Source: a virus (taxonomy: Duplodnaviria > Caudoviricetes). Taken from it: a DNA stretch of 64,000 bases. Under the pieces are notes generated by a model. It ran no database searches and was not told the origin of the DNA. It saw only the letters and a list, made by a program, of their open reading frames with translations. The position numbers were made by a program, and so were the translations under genes. Shown here piece after piece: positions 1-10,200 of the stretch (position 1 is the stretch's first letter; every line of letters begins with the position of its first letter). The stretch is from IMG/VR virus record IMGVR_UViG_3300028805_003982; one strand, given 5' to 3'.

Positions 1-198
1 TTAGATGTACTTCATTGGCTTGCAAGGGTTTACCCGTATTTTCAGTTTCGTTATGACATCCCTTTTTCAGACATAGCGGATAATATGAGAGCCGACGAAG
101 TAGTGAAACTTTATAATCCGTTTCACGAAGCCTCAGTGAGTAATGCTTGTGCGAAGTTAAAGGAGCGCTTTTATGGACCCCATAACAGAATTTGTTGA
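1..198 (+). CDS. 3' end of a truncated ORF resembling the helical partner/antitoxin proteins that accompany DUF3990 (DUF3791-like)
   Basis: Frame 1 is open from nt 1 to TGA at 196-198 (LDVLHWLARVYPYFQFRYDIPFSDI...LYNPFHEAS...). The W-x3-Y-x-Y-x-Q...FSDI...LY-x2-HE pattern resembles that family (from memory). It overlaps the NADAR start. Confidence 0.45.
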   Translation, partial: LDVLHWLARVYPYFQFRYDIPFSDIADNMRADEVVKLYNPFHEASVSNACAKLKERFYGPHNRIC

Positions 199-616
199 TG
201 ATTATTTTTTCTTGAGTAATTTTTATGACGCTCCTGTGTGTTACGAAGGCTTGAATTTCTTTAATAACGAAGCTGCTTTTCAGGCGCAAAAAAGCGTTAA
301 TCCTTCTGACAGATCGCTCTTTTGTGATCTAAACCCATCACAGGCCAAGAAGCTCGGCAGATCCATAAAGCTCCGTAAAGACTGGGAACAGATAAAGTTC
401 GGGGTAATGTCCGACATTGTCCGTTGCAAGTTTACTCAGAATCCTGACCTTGCAGACAAACTTCTTGCCACAGGCGATGCGTATCTTGAAGAAGGTAATA
501 CATGGGGAGACAGGGTCTGGGGTACTGTAAACGGATCGGGCCGAAACCTTTTAGGTCAGATCCTGATGACAGTCCGGGAAGAGCTCAGATTATCCCGGGA
601 ACATGGATTGACTTAA
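173..616 (+). CDS. NADAR (YbiA-like) family protein
   Basis: Motifs FLSNFY, EAAFQAQK, AKKLGR, KFTQNPDL, LLATG, D-x2-WG and GRNLLGQILM-x-VR; AAGGAG RBS. Confidence 0.92.
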   Translation: MDPITEFVDDYFFLSNFYDAPVCYEGLNFFNNEAAFQAQKSVNPSDRSLFCDLNPSQAKKLGRSIKLRKDWEQIKFGVMSDIVRCKFTQNPDLADKLLATGDAYLEEGNTWGDRVWGTVNGSGRNLLGQILMTVREELRLSREHGLT

Positions 617-635
617 GTGGTCAATCGAAGCTAAA

Positions 636-664
636 AAGACCTCAATATTGACGGAGGCCTTTTG
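636..664 (+). terminator. Probable intrinsic terminator after NADAR
   Basis: Imperfect hairpin AAAGACCTC...GAGGCCTTTT followed by T residues; related to the hairpin at 1585-1610. Confidence 0.5.
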
Positions 665-718
665 TATTGTTATAGCGGTCTTGAACAATTGGGTAAAAGT
701 TAATAGCGGTGTTATAAT
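659..718 (+). repeat. 60-bp direct repeat copy 1 (promoter unit ending in TATAAT)
   Basis: CTTTTGTATTGTTATAGCGGTCTTGAACAATTGGGTAAAAGTTAATAGCGGTGTTATAAT is 59/60 identical to 1606-1665. Similarity continues to the RBS (GATTTATACAAGG). Confidence 0.95.
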
Positions 719-754
719 GTAAGGTGTAAAAGATTTATACAAGGGGGGTGTGTT

Positions 755-958
755 ATGAAAACTTCAAAAGTTTTTGTTCCTGATGATGACGAGGCAATGG
801 AAGCTCGTTTTCAGAAGGCTGTTGAAATTGCAAAAGAGACTTCCAGAGCTAAAGGAAAGCCGGTTGCAGGATACGATGATGAGCGTGGTGAAGCATATAT
901 GGAATATCCTGATGGCAAGCGTGTTTATTATCCTAATGTTGGGGGAATTGGCGTTTAA
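755..958 (+). CDS. Small putative antitoxin
   Basis: 67-aa charged protein whose TAA stop overlaps the ATG of the zeta-like ATPase (TAATG), the usual two-gene arrangement for this family. Confidence 0.6.
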   Translation: MKTSKVFVPDDDEAMEARFQKAVEIAKETSRAKGKPVAGYDDERGEAYMEYPDGKRVYYPNVGGIGV

Positions 959-1575
959 TGAAAACAAAGGATAAAAAACCTGAAATTGTAGTGTTTGCAG
1001 GCCCTAATGGGTCGGGGAAATCAACAGTAACAGGATTAACTAACGTTTTGGGTGATTATATAAACGCCGATGATATTAAAAGGGTTTTATTTTGTGATGA
1101 CTTAGAAGCAGCACAAATAGCTGAAGGACAACGGGAAGGGTGTATTGCCGCACGAAAGGATTTTACTTTTGAAACAGTTTTATCTACCGATCGCAATTTA
1201 AACTTGTTGAAAAAGGCTAAAAAGGACGGGTACTTTATCCGATGCTTTTATGTGCTAACGAGCGATCCCGCTGTAAACATTTCTCGTGTTGATACAAGGG
1301 TTGAAAATGGCGGACATAAAGTTGAACCAGATAAAATCGTTTCCCGGTATTATAAAGCTTTAGCTCTCTTGCCTGAACTTATCAAAGTGTGTGATGTTAT
1401 TAACGTATATGATAATACTCTTAAGCCTGAGCGTATTTTTAGTAAAAAGAAAGATATTTTTAGATTATGGGAGAACAAATACTGGCCTGCAGATCGAATT
1501 GTTCAATTAACCGGGGTTGTTGATTTTACTGAAAAACATCTTGGCAGTGACGATTCCAAACACCCGGGCAGTTAA
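958..1575 (+). CDS. Zeta-toxin-like P-loop ATPase/kinase
   Basis: VVFAGPNGSGKST Walker A, INADDI, FETVLS, RV-x2-GGH-x-V and VYDN. Confidence 0.8.
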   Translation: MKTKDKKPEIVVFAGPNGSGKSTVTGLTNVLGDYINADDIKRVLFCDDLEAAQIAEGQREGCIAARKDFTFETVLSTDRNLNLLKKAKKDGYFIRCFYVLTSDPAVNISRVDTRVENGGHKVEPDKIVSRYYKALALLPELIKVCDVINVYDNTLKPERIFSKKKDIFRLWENKYWPADRIVQLTGVVDFTEKHLGSDDSKHPGS

Positions 1576-1584
1576 TTATCATTT

Positions 1585-1611
1585 AAAGACCTTCAAAATG
1601 AGGGTCTTTTG
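1585..1611 (+). terminator. Intrinsic terminator after the zeta-like gene
   Basis: AAAGACCTTC-AAAAT-GAGGGTCTTT hairpin plus T-tract. Confidence 0.7.
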
Positions 1612-1665
1612 TATTGTTATAGCGGTCTTGAACAAATGGGTAAAAGTTAATAGCGGTGTTATAAT
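1606..1665 (+). repeat. 60-bp direct repeat copy 2 (promoter unit ending in TATAAT)
   Basis: One mismatch relative to 659-718; followed by AAGGAG and ATG at 1701. Confidence 0.95.
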
Positions 1666-1700
1666 AAAAGGGTGTGAAGGATTTATACAAGGAGAGCTTT

Positions 1701-2261
1701 ATGTTTGAAGACGCTTTTAATGCCGAAACCTTTGATGTTGATGCCGTATTAGATCAGCTGGAAAAAGAACCTTTGGTTTTAAGGGCTGATCTGGAATCGG
1801 TTAAGTCTACGATTGTCTCTTTAAATGCAATACGTATTGGAGAGGCGGGTCTTAATGCGCACCGACAAGAGTTGTTAAAAAGAGTTCCTGATATTTCTCA
1901 ATATGCGTCTTTTCCCATAAATAGTATTGAGATAATAGATCTTGCTTATTTGTCAGCAGCGACTCAGCATGAGTTTGCTCTGTTCAGAAGCAAAAAAGAA
2001 GATATTTTGTTCCATGGGGATTCAGGCGAATGTAATTTCCCGGAGAACCTTGAATTTTTGTTAGAGAATCATAAATGCCGGTTAGAAGCACATTCCCATC
2101 CGGATTATCCCGACATAATTCCTTCCGCCAGCGATCGTGCGTTATTGCGAAGGATAGGTCAGAAAGAAAGTGTTATTGTATCTTGGTATACCGGGCAGAG
2201 TCTTACGTTCAGTGCCGACATGTTTGAGGATCTTACTAAATCACAAAAGGAGGAGAAATAA
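1701..2261 (+). CDS. JAB/MPN-like metalloenzyme (toxin-like)
   Basis: E(F)...HSHP-x7-S-x2-D (HEFALF...AHSHPDYPDIIPSASD) matches the JAB/MPN+ signature. Start reassigned to ATG 1701 behind AAGGAG. Confidence 0.6.
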   Translation: MFEDAFNAETFDVDAVLDQLEKEPLVLRADLESVKSTIVSLNAIRIGEAGLNAHRQELLKRVPDISQYASFPINSIEIIDLAYLSAATQHEFALFRSKKEDILFHGDSGECNFPENLEFLLENHKCRLEAHSHPDYPDIIPSASDRALLRRIGQKESVIVSWYTGQSLTFSADMFEDLTKSQKEEK

Positions 2262-2262
2262 A

Positions 2263-2538
2263 ATGGATCTTTCAAAAATAGGTTTTAAAGCACTTGTTTC
2301 CCTTTTTGATTCTACTTTTATTAACACATATAAAGACTGTGCATGTTACGCATATGGGGAAGATCTGGAAGGGAATTTATTCTGTTTTTTAGGCTTTGAC
2401 TTGGTTCCGTTTAATGCGGGAAAACTTGTGCTCAAAAACTCGTATTTGTCTGATTGGACTTATTATGCTAAATGTGTTGTTTTGTCTGACGGGCAGGTAA
2501 TCGTTAAGGAAAGCAAACTTCCGGTATCTAAACCATAA
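2263..2538 (+). CDS. Small hypothetical protein (candidate immunity/partner)
   Basis: ATG 2263 follows AGGAGG, 1 nt after the JAB-like stop; 91 aa (MDLSKIGF...). Confidence 0.6.
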   Translation: MDLSKIGFKALVSLFDSTFINTYKDCACYAYGEDLEGNLFCFLGFDLVPFNAGKLVLKNSYLSDWTYYAKCVVLSDGQVIVKESKLPVSKP

Positions 2539-2548
2539 GGAGCGTTAA

Positions 2549-3673
2549 ATGTACCAGATCTTCTATAAGAACATTCCGGTCTTCGAAATCGATACGGAAT
2601 CCGTTAAGGGATCTGTAAACATATTCAATAATAAATATCTTCCGTTTTCTCTTGGGATTAAGGAGTCCGACGATTTTGACGATCATTTTAACAATCTGAT
2701 CAACTTTAACGCCTGGTGCTCCAAAAGAGTTCTCCCGCTTGATCGTGAATATGCTAAAGAAATACTTAATTATTACGGCTACTCCCAAGGGTTTACCGAT
2801 GCAGAGCGTTCAAAGATCGCCATTGAGTGCCGCTGCTTATCATTGAATGATTGCTTTTGGCTTAAAGCGTCCGATGAAAGGATAGCATGGGAGGATGTCA
2901 ATCTCTTCAAGAACAGTTTGAAGGACGCGGTATTTGAGGTCGCACTTTTCGGGACTACGCCTACGATGACCAGCAAGGAGCTTGCAACGTCAGATCTTAC
3001 GACCGACGGAAAGGCCCCCAAAGCATGGCAGCGCCTGGGGGATGAGTTTTATCTGTTAAAGGGCGATAAAAACGACTCCGTTAATAAAGAGACCGAGGCT
3101 TCTCAAATTCTTGATAAGTTAGGCTTCAGACCGGTTGTTTATACTAAAGAGACTTTTGACGGCCGCCCCGTATCCAAGAGCCGTTGCTTTACCGATGACA
3201 GGACTAATCTGGTTAAGGCCGAGTGGTTTAATATCTGGTGTATGAACCATGATCTGTCAATTAGTGATTTTATAGAGAGCTTCAGGACTCGGTTTGACTT
3301 AATGAACCTTGCCGACTATTTGGTCGGCAACAGTGACGGGCATTCCCTCAACTGGGGTTTTCTGTACGATAATGATTTTAATATATTGGCGTTAAATCCT
3401 TTGATGGACCTGGATCATGCCTTTGAGAGCACTCCGGCTTCGCCGTGTCTACCGATGAGGTTTTTGGGTAATAATATGACTCAACTGGGAGCAGCCGTAG
3501 ATGTTTTGACAAGGCATCCCGAGTGGCTTTCCGGTGAGATAGATCTGTCTGAATACAAGTATGGTGCATTTACAGAAGAACGCATCAGTTTGCTTCAGAA
3601 AGAACTGGGAACAGACTTAAATATCCGTATAACCGGTGCGGATGATCTTTCAAGTGATGATCCGGGGTTGTGA
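2549..3673 (+). CDS. HipA/CtkA-like kinase
   Basis: TTDGKAPKAW (P-loop), YLLKG, DYLVGNSDGHSLNWGFL (catalytic loop) and PLMDLDHAF. Confidence 0.75.
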   Translation: MYQIFYKNIPVFEIDTESVKGSVNIFNNKYLPFSLGIKESDDFDDHFNNLINFNAWCSKRVLPLDREYAKEILNYYGYSQGFTDAERSKIAIECRCLSLNDCFWLKASDERIAWEDVNLFKNSLKDAVFEVALFGTTPTMTSKELATSDLTTDGKAPKAWQRLGDEFYLLKGDKNDSVNKETEASQILDKLGFRPVVYTKETFDGRPVSKSRCFTDDRTNLVKAEWFNIWCMNHDLSISDFIESFRTRFDLMNLADYLVGNSDGHSLNWGFLYDNDFNILALNPLMDLDHAFESTPASPCLPMRFLGNNMTQLGAAVDVLTRHPEWLSGEIDLSEYKYGAFTEERISLLQKELGTDLNIRITGADDLSSDDPGL

Positions 3674-3910
3674 TACCTTCAGGAAAGAAATTAAAATTTT
3701 CTTTTTCAAATCATTTCCGTTATTTCCGCTTTACTGCGAGAAACCCGTTTTCGGGTGAAGTAGAATTAAACTGTCGATAAGTGTAAGAGACCTCCTGCCG
3801 AAGCGGGTGGGGAGAACACCCCAGACAATACAGTGCAATACATAATAATACAGACTGTCAAAGCACAGGACAGTATCATACGCTATGACAAAAACGTGAT
3901 ATTTTTTGAT

Positions 3911-3966
3911 AAAGGTGCCGTATTTTCCTAGAGAAAGACGCTTTTCTTGTTTTTCGCTGTTATAGT
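3911..3966 (+). promoter_or_regulatory. Conserved 29-bp box promoter, copy A
   Basis: AAAGGTGCCGTATTTTCCTAGAGAAAGAC, then 19 nt, then GT-TATAGT. Three more copies have identical spacing. Confidence 0.85.
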
Positions 3967-4002
3967 ATAAAATAGCGTTTTAGGACGTGAGGCAGGATTA
4001 TC

Positions 4003-4036
4003 AGAGGATCTCGAAGTTTCGGGGTCCTTTTGTTTT
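4003..4036 (+). terminator. Intrinsic terminator about 30-60 nt after promoter copy A
   Basis: AGAGGATCTCGA-AGTT-TCGGGGTCCTTT hairpin followed by TGTTTT. Confidence 0.75.
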
Positions 4037-4081
4037 GCTTGAACAATTAGAGATTACACACAGAAAGGAAGGATATTGATC

Positions 4082-4138
4082 ATGTTACACCGGATAAGAG
4101 ACGGCCCAAGCGTGGCAGAACCAGTTAATTTTTACTGA
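4082..4138 (+). CDS. Putative 18-aa leader peptide MLHRIRDGPSVAEPVNFY
   Basis: Strong RBS (AGAAAGGAAGGA), ATG 4082 and TGA 4136-4138; followed by a terminator and then the 2083-aa gene. Confidence 0.5.
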   Translation: MLHRIRDGPSVAEPVNFY

Positions 4139-4152
4139 CACCCAATAAGACT

Positions 4153-4189
4153 AAAGAAGAAACGCCGGTCTAGAGGGTGTTTCTTTTTT
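4153..4189 (+). terminator. Leader terminator/attenuator upstream of the large surface protein
   Basis: AAAGAAGAAACGCC...GGTGTTTCTTTTTT hairpin with U-tract. Confidence 0.7.
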
Positions 4190-4233
4190 AATACCCGCAC
4201 AGCGGAAAATAAATCTAAAGGAGAAAAATCATT

Positions 4234-7200
4234 ATGAGTAAGAACTCAAAGAAAAAGTTTGTCAGCACGATGCTTGCTGCAAGCATGATCTTCTCCTCAA
4301 TACCTTTTACGGCATTGGCAGATGATGCTATCTCCGGCGGCGATAATGACGATGTTGTTATCGAGTCGCAGGTAGCAGAAGAGCCTGCCGTAACAGAACA
4401 GACTTTTGAGCCCGAGCCGATCCAGGCCGAGGAACCCGTTGAAGACAAGAACGTCGATAAGGTTCCCGAGGATGACGCGGAGCCTTCAGAAGTTGTTTCT
4501 GATGTTGAGGAAGAACCGCCCATCGAGGCAGAAGAAGGTAATGATGAGGAAACACCAGCTGCAACGGACACAGAAGTTGTAACAGAACCTACAGAGACTG
4601 CGGATAATCCGGCGGCTTCTGAGCCTGATACAACTAAGACTGCCGAAACTGAAGCAGCTTCTGAAAATGTTGTATTTGATCATTACTTTACAACTATTGA
4701 TACTTCACTTGTAAAGACAAAGGATCTTTTGGTTCAGACATCAGACCCTTCTGTATTCACATACAATACAAATGTTGTATCTAACTATGATGACGTATAT
4801 GTTATTTCTTGCGATTCTCTTAAAGAAGCAAGGTACGTGTTCTCTTATTATGTGGATAAGGTAAATAATATAACAGATATGTCGAATGTGTTTACTATCG
4901 CTTCAGAGTCGGATGATACTGCAGATCTGTCAGATCTTAATAATGGTACAGATGCAATTGCTGCTCTGAACGATATCAACGCAACAAATCACAGCGGTTA
5001 TATTGCTCTGATCGATACGGGTGCGAATGCAAACATCAATTATTCCGTAGTTGGTGATGATGTTTCTGATTCTAACGGTCATGGTACGGCAATGCTGAAC
5101 TATATCCGTGAAGAAAACCCTGCTGCAAGAGTGATCTCTATCAAGGTCTTTGATGGTAATAAGACAAATGCAGCAAACGTTTATGCAGGAATCAAACTTG
5201 CTATTGAATCTAAGGTTTCTATTATCAATCTGTCATTCGTAGGACCCGATGTAGAAAATAATGCCATCGTTAAGTCTGCTATTCAGGAAGCTTTGGATAA
5301 CAACATTAAAGTTGTTGGTGCGGCAGGTAATAACAATGGTAATGCCAAGAAGTATATTCCGGGTTGTGTTGAAGACGCTATCGTCGTAGGCGCAGTTAAC
5401 TCTGACGGCACAAAGTTCAGTTCTTCCAACTATAATGCTGATCTTTATGTTGTAGCTACTTCTTCGTCTGAAGCGGCAGCCAGATATACCGGTATGCTTT
5501 CAGGCAACTCTACAAACAACGACCGAGTATTTTCTACTCTGACATCTGGAGAAGTTCAGGATGCAGTAGCAGATACCGAGGGTGGCCGTGTTTTCTATGC
5601 TACATCTGACGATGATATTGATTGGAATAATCTTAAAGCCGGTGATGTAGTTTATCTGCCAGATTGTTATTATGTGATTAATGCGGTCAATGCGGACGGC
5701 ACTGTTGTTTTTATGCCTTATGCTCTTGACTATGACGAAGATAGTTTTGAATTGACCGCTCGTCACTATGGCGATCAGACAAAAACATCTTCCGCAAAGA
5801 CCATTACTCCCGGACAATCAGGTACTGATACAGGCACGGGGCATATCGGTTATAATGCGCATGGCTATGATAGTGTTACAAATCTTAAGTCGAACTCTTC
5901 CAGTAAGTACAAGCTGACAGACTGGTTCTCCAGTCTCGGTGCGGATTGTGAGTCCTTGTGGTTTGGGGATAGCGATTCTTCAAGACATGCTAAGTGCTTA
6001 TCTAATACAGATGTTAAGTATTCTGCTTCTTGGAAAACATACACAAACTCTAACGGTCTGCCTGAAATTAAGTTTACTGTCAGATTTACTGCCTCCAATG
6101 ATAATTTTAGTGCTAGAAATTGGGTTCACCATAAAATAACCTGGAAAGTTACCAAAGAACACTTAGGCAATAATGTTTATCAGTGGGATGCCTATATTTA
6201 TGATAACGGTACTCAAAAGTGGCACAAAGATTGGAGCGCGTACGACTCCACAAGTATCAATGATACGATCTGTTCGAGTATAAAAAGTTCCATCGCTTCA
6301 TACAAGGCTATCGGGGGTGATTGGACAGGTTATAAGTCTGTAAGCAGTGTATCAGTTCCGTCGGCAAAGACTATCGGTGATGCCACTACTACCAAGCCTG
6401 CTACCGGTACTTACCAGACTTATTATAAGTGCACCAATCCTATGCAGATCTATCGTGGTGTTGGGATTGTTAATATGCCTGGTCTTATGCTGTTCATGCA
6501 GAAGACGGCACCTTCATCAGATTATTCTGTATTAACAGACGATAGCACCTGCTATAGCTTTAAGGGTACTCAGTACAAGTTGTATACGGGATATGATTCA
6601 CATGAGGACAAGGCTACAGGAACCGTTCTTAAGACATTTACTCTTGATGCCCAGGGTCTCTCAGATGATCATTATACAGTTACGGAGTTCCCTTCCACCT
6701 TCTATATACAGGAGACTACAGCAGGTAAGGGGTTCTCGATCGATACACATGTCTATAAGGTGTATGTGCCCTCTGTTACCGGCTCTGTAGTTGTTACCGA
6801 TATGACTACTGAAGATCCTGATGACGTATGGCGTTATCCTTCTGACGGTACTTTAGTTCGTATGAAGTTTAAGGACTATCCGGTTACCGACCCTCTGGCT
6901 TTTGAGCTTAGAAAGATCAATGAGCAGGGGCAGATAACTGATGCTACGCTTTCAGATACAGAGTTTACTCTGGAATATTATGCACAGAACATCGCCTGGG
7001 ATAATAAGATTTCTGATTACGAGCCTACTGTCGTATATCATTTTACCCGCGCAGCTGGTGATAATTCACAGCTTAAACTTTCTGACTTTATGAATCTGCC
7101 GCCTGTCGGTGGTACAAACGGTGAGTATCTGCACGATCTTTATGAGGCAGATGTTTTGGATAATGAATATCAGTGGCCTCTCGGTACATATCTGATTTAC

Positions 7201-10200
7201 GAGAGCACACCGCCTGCCGGCTTTGCTTGTAATGAACAGATCCTTCGTATTAAGTTCTATCAGGTAAATAATGGCGATGACGTAGCTCGTATCATTCATA
7301 AGGTTGAGGACCGCGACGGAAATCAGATCGAAGGCGACGGTTATTTCTGGGATTACACGCTCGACCGTTCAGGTGACGAGTATAACCAGATCTTCATGAC
7401 TCTTGATGATAACGTTCTTACAGGACACTATCAGCTTACAAAGTCGATGAAGTCTGATGACGTTGTTAAGGATCTGGACGGCGTATTTACTTTTGAACTC
7501 GTTCAGGGTGATAAGCAGATCGCAACAGGTGTTTCTCAGGCAGACGGCAAGGTTCTTTGGACTTATACTCTTGAGGGCTTGAAGTCTGAGATCAACAGAG
7601 AAGCTCTTACGGGCACAACCGCGAACGTGCTTGAGCTCGCTGCTTATTGGGCAGACGGCTCTGCTATCGAGTATGAAGTAAGAGAAACTGTTCCTGCATA
7701 TCCTTATGGCGGAACTTCTAACATCTCTTATACTCAGAAAGCTCCTGAGGGCTGGACGTTAAGTGGTGACGGTACTTATTACTATCATACGTTTACCGTT
7801 ACAGAGGCTCAGACAGTGGATGCTCCTTACGAGGACACCATTGTTAATGACCTTGAGTCCTACTCTTTGAGCTTTGTAAAGAACATTCCCGCAGGCGACA
7901 GCTTTGACCGTACAAAGGTTGCTTTCCAGCTTATCTATACAGACACAAACACAGTTATCGCTAACGGTGTTGCAGATGCTACAGGTAACATTACTTGGAC
8001 AGCAGCTCACAATACAGGTTATGTTTGTGATACAAGTGTCGCAAGTCTGATCAAGGGTCTGCCCGGCGGTAACTACAAGGTCACAGAGACTTGGGATAAG
8101 ACTTATATCGCAACTCTTGACGATGATCAGGCAGAGCTTATCGAAGATAACTTGTCTGACGGTTGGGTAAAGGCTAACAGAAATGACGTTTACGAGTTTG
8201 GTTATACCTTTACTCTTGACGCGGACAAACAGATCTCCGGCGGCGAGGTCATCAATGACACTGTTGCTCAGTGGTTCAACATGACTAAGACGACTACGGT
8301 AGCAGGAGATGCTTCTACTGTTACGGTCGAACTTATCAATGCTGACGGCAATATCCTTGCAAGAGGTACTGCTGAAACAACAGCACAGCCCGGAACATTT
8401 AATGTTACTTGGGATTATGCAGGTAAGCACAAGGAAGTTAACGGTCTTGATACCATCGAGCTTCCTGCAGGCGATTATACTATAAGAGAATATCAGCCCG
8501 TTACTTACTACGATAACGGAAAGAACAATGTTCCTTATACCTATATGAAGCCTGAACTTAAGATCGGTGACGATACTCTTGGCGTTTTCGTTTCAGAGAA
8601 AGACGGTAAGGTAACATTTGAGTCTTCCGCATTCACTGTCGAGAACAATGAGACGGTAGTCCTCAACTCTACCGCTTCTAACACGCGTATCGAGGGTGAC
8701 CTTAGCATTATCAAGGTTGAAAGATCAGATGATACATCAACTGATAAGACTTTCAATCTGGAAATCTACTACAGAGGAAATGACTCTGAGGCGCATGACG
8801 TTGGCATGTTCCTTGAGAATTATCTCCTTGATACAATCACGATCACTACAAAGAACGGCGAAGGCACGGCAACACTTGGTAAGATCCCTGAGGGCTGGTA
8901 CGAAGTCCGTGAGATCGACAACGATGGTTGGACCGTAACTTGGGGCGGCGATGCCGCAACAAGTATCATTGGCGGTACTCCGACTAAGTTGTTCCATGTA
9001 GATTCAAAGGACAAGACAAATGCCGCACCCGTCGTAAATGATGGCGTAGAAGAGAACGGTACTCCTATCGACGGACTGCTTATCTATAACGATATCGCTC
9101 CTGAGATCGGTACAACCTTTACTGACAGTGCTACAAAGGATCATATCGCAGCTACAGACGTTGAAGCTAAACTGATCGATACTGTTGCTTATAAGAGAGT
9201 TCTTCCGGGCAGCTATAAGCTTTACGGTGTTCTTATGAACAAGGCAACAGGTGAACCTTTGGTAGATGCAGAAGGTGTTGAAGTTCGCGCTTCTACAGCA
9301 TTTACTATCCCTACGGTTGGCAATCTTGACAGATTTGGCAATCCCATGCCTGTAAGCGATACGGTTGACGTTGAGTTTATCCTTGATACAACTATGGTCA
9401 ATGGTCTCAAGGCAGTTGCCTTTGAGGAACTTTACGCAGTAGATGTTCACGGTGATGTAACAGGTCAGCCTGTTGCTGAACATGAAGACATTGATGATGT
9501 TGATCAGACAATGGATATCGGTGATGGTCAGACAACGCTTCTTGACGATGCAACCGGTACTCATACAACAGCTCTGGCAGAGAAGGTTTCTCTTACAGAC
9601 TATGTTGAGTTCAATCATCTGCTTCCTGGCAAGTCTTACACCATGACAGGTACTCTGATGGATAAGGCAACAGGAGAGCCTCTGAAGGATGCCGAGGGCA
9701 ACGAGATCACTGCTTCACAGCAGTTCTTGGCTGATCCTGATGATCCTAACCTTGAGAACGTCATCGTTGAGGACGGTTCATTCTCAGGTATGGTTAAGGT
9801 TACTTTCGAGATCGATACAACGATCCTTGTTAAGAAGACAACACACATCGTTGCCTTTGAGACTTGTACCGACGATGAGACCGGCGTAGCCGTAATCATC
9901 CACGCAGATCTTGAAGATGATGATCAGACAGTACGCGTTCCTACGGCGATCACAAAGGCTGAGTATCCTGACGGAGCAAAGACTGCCGTAAGAGTTCCTG
10001 ATCTCGTTCTTATCGACACCGTAACTTATACGGGTCTTGAACCCGGTCAGAGATACCGTATCGTTGCAACACTTATGGTTAAGGAAACGGGCGAGCCGCT
10101 TATGAACAACGGCGAGATCGTAAAGGTAACCGATGAGTTCGTTGCACCTGCATCTGACGGTGTTGAACCCGTTGAGATCACGTTTGACGCTACAGGCCTT

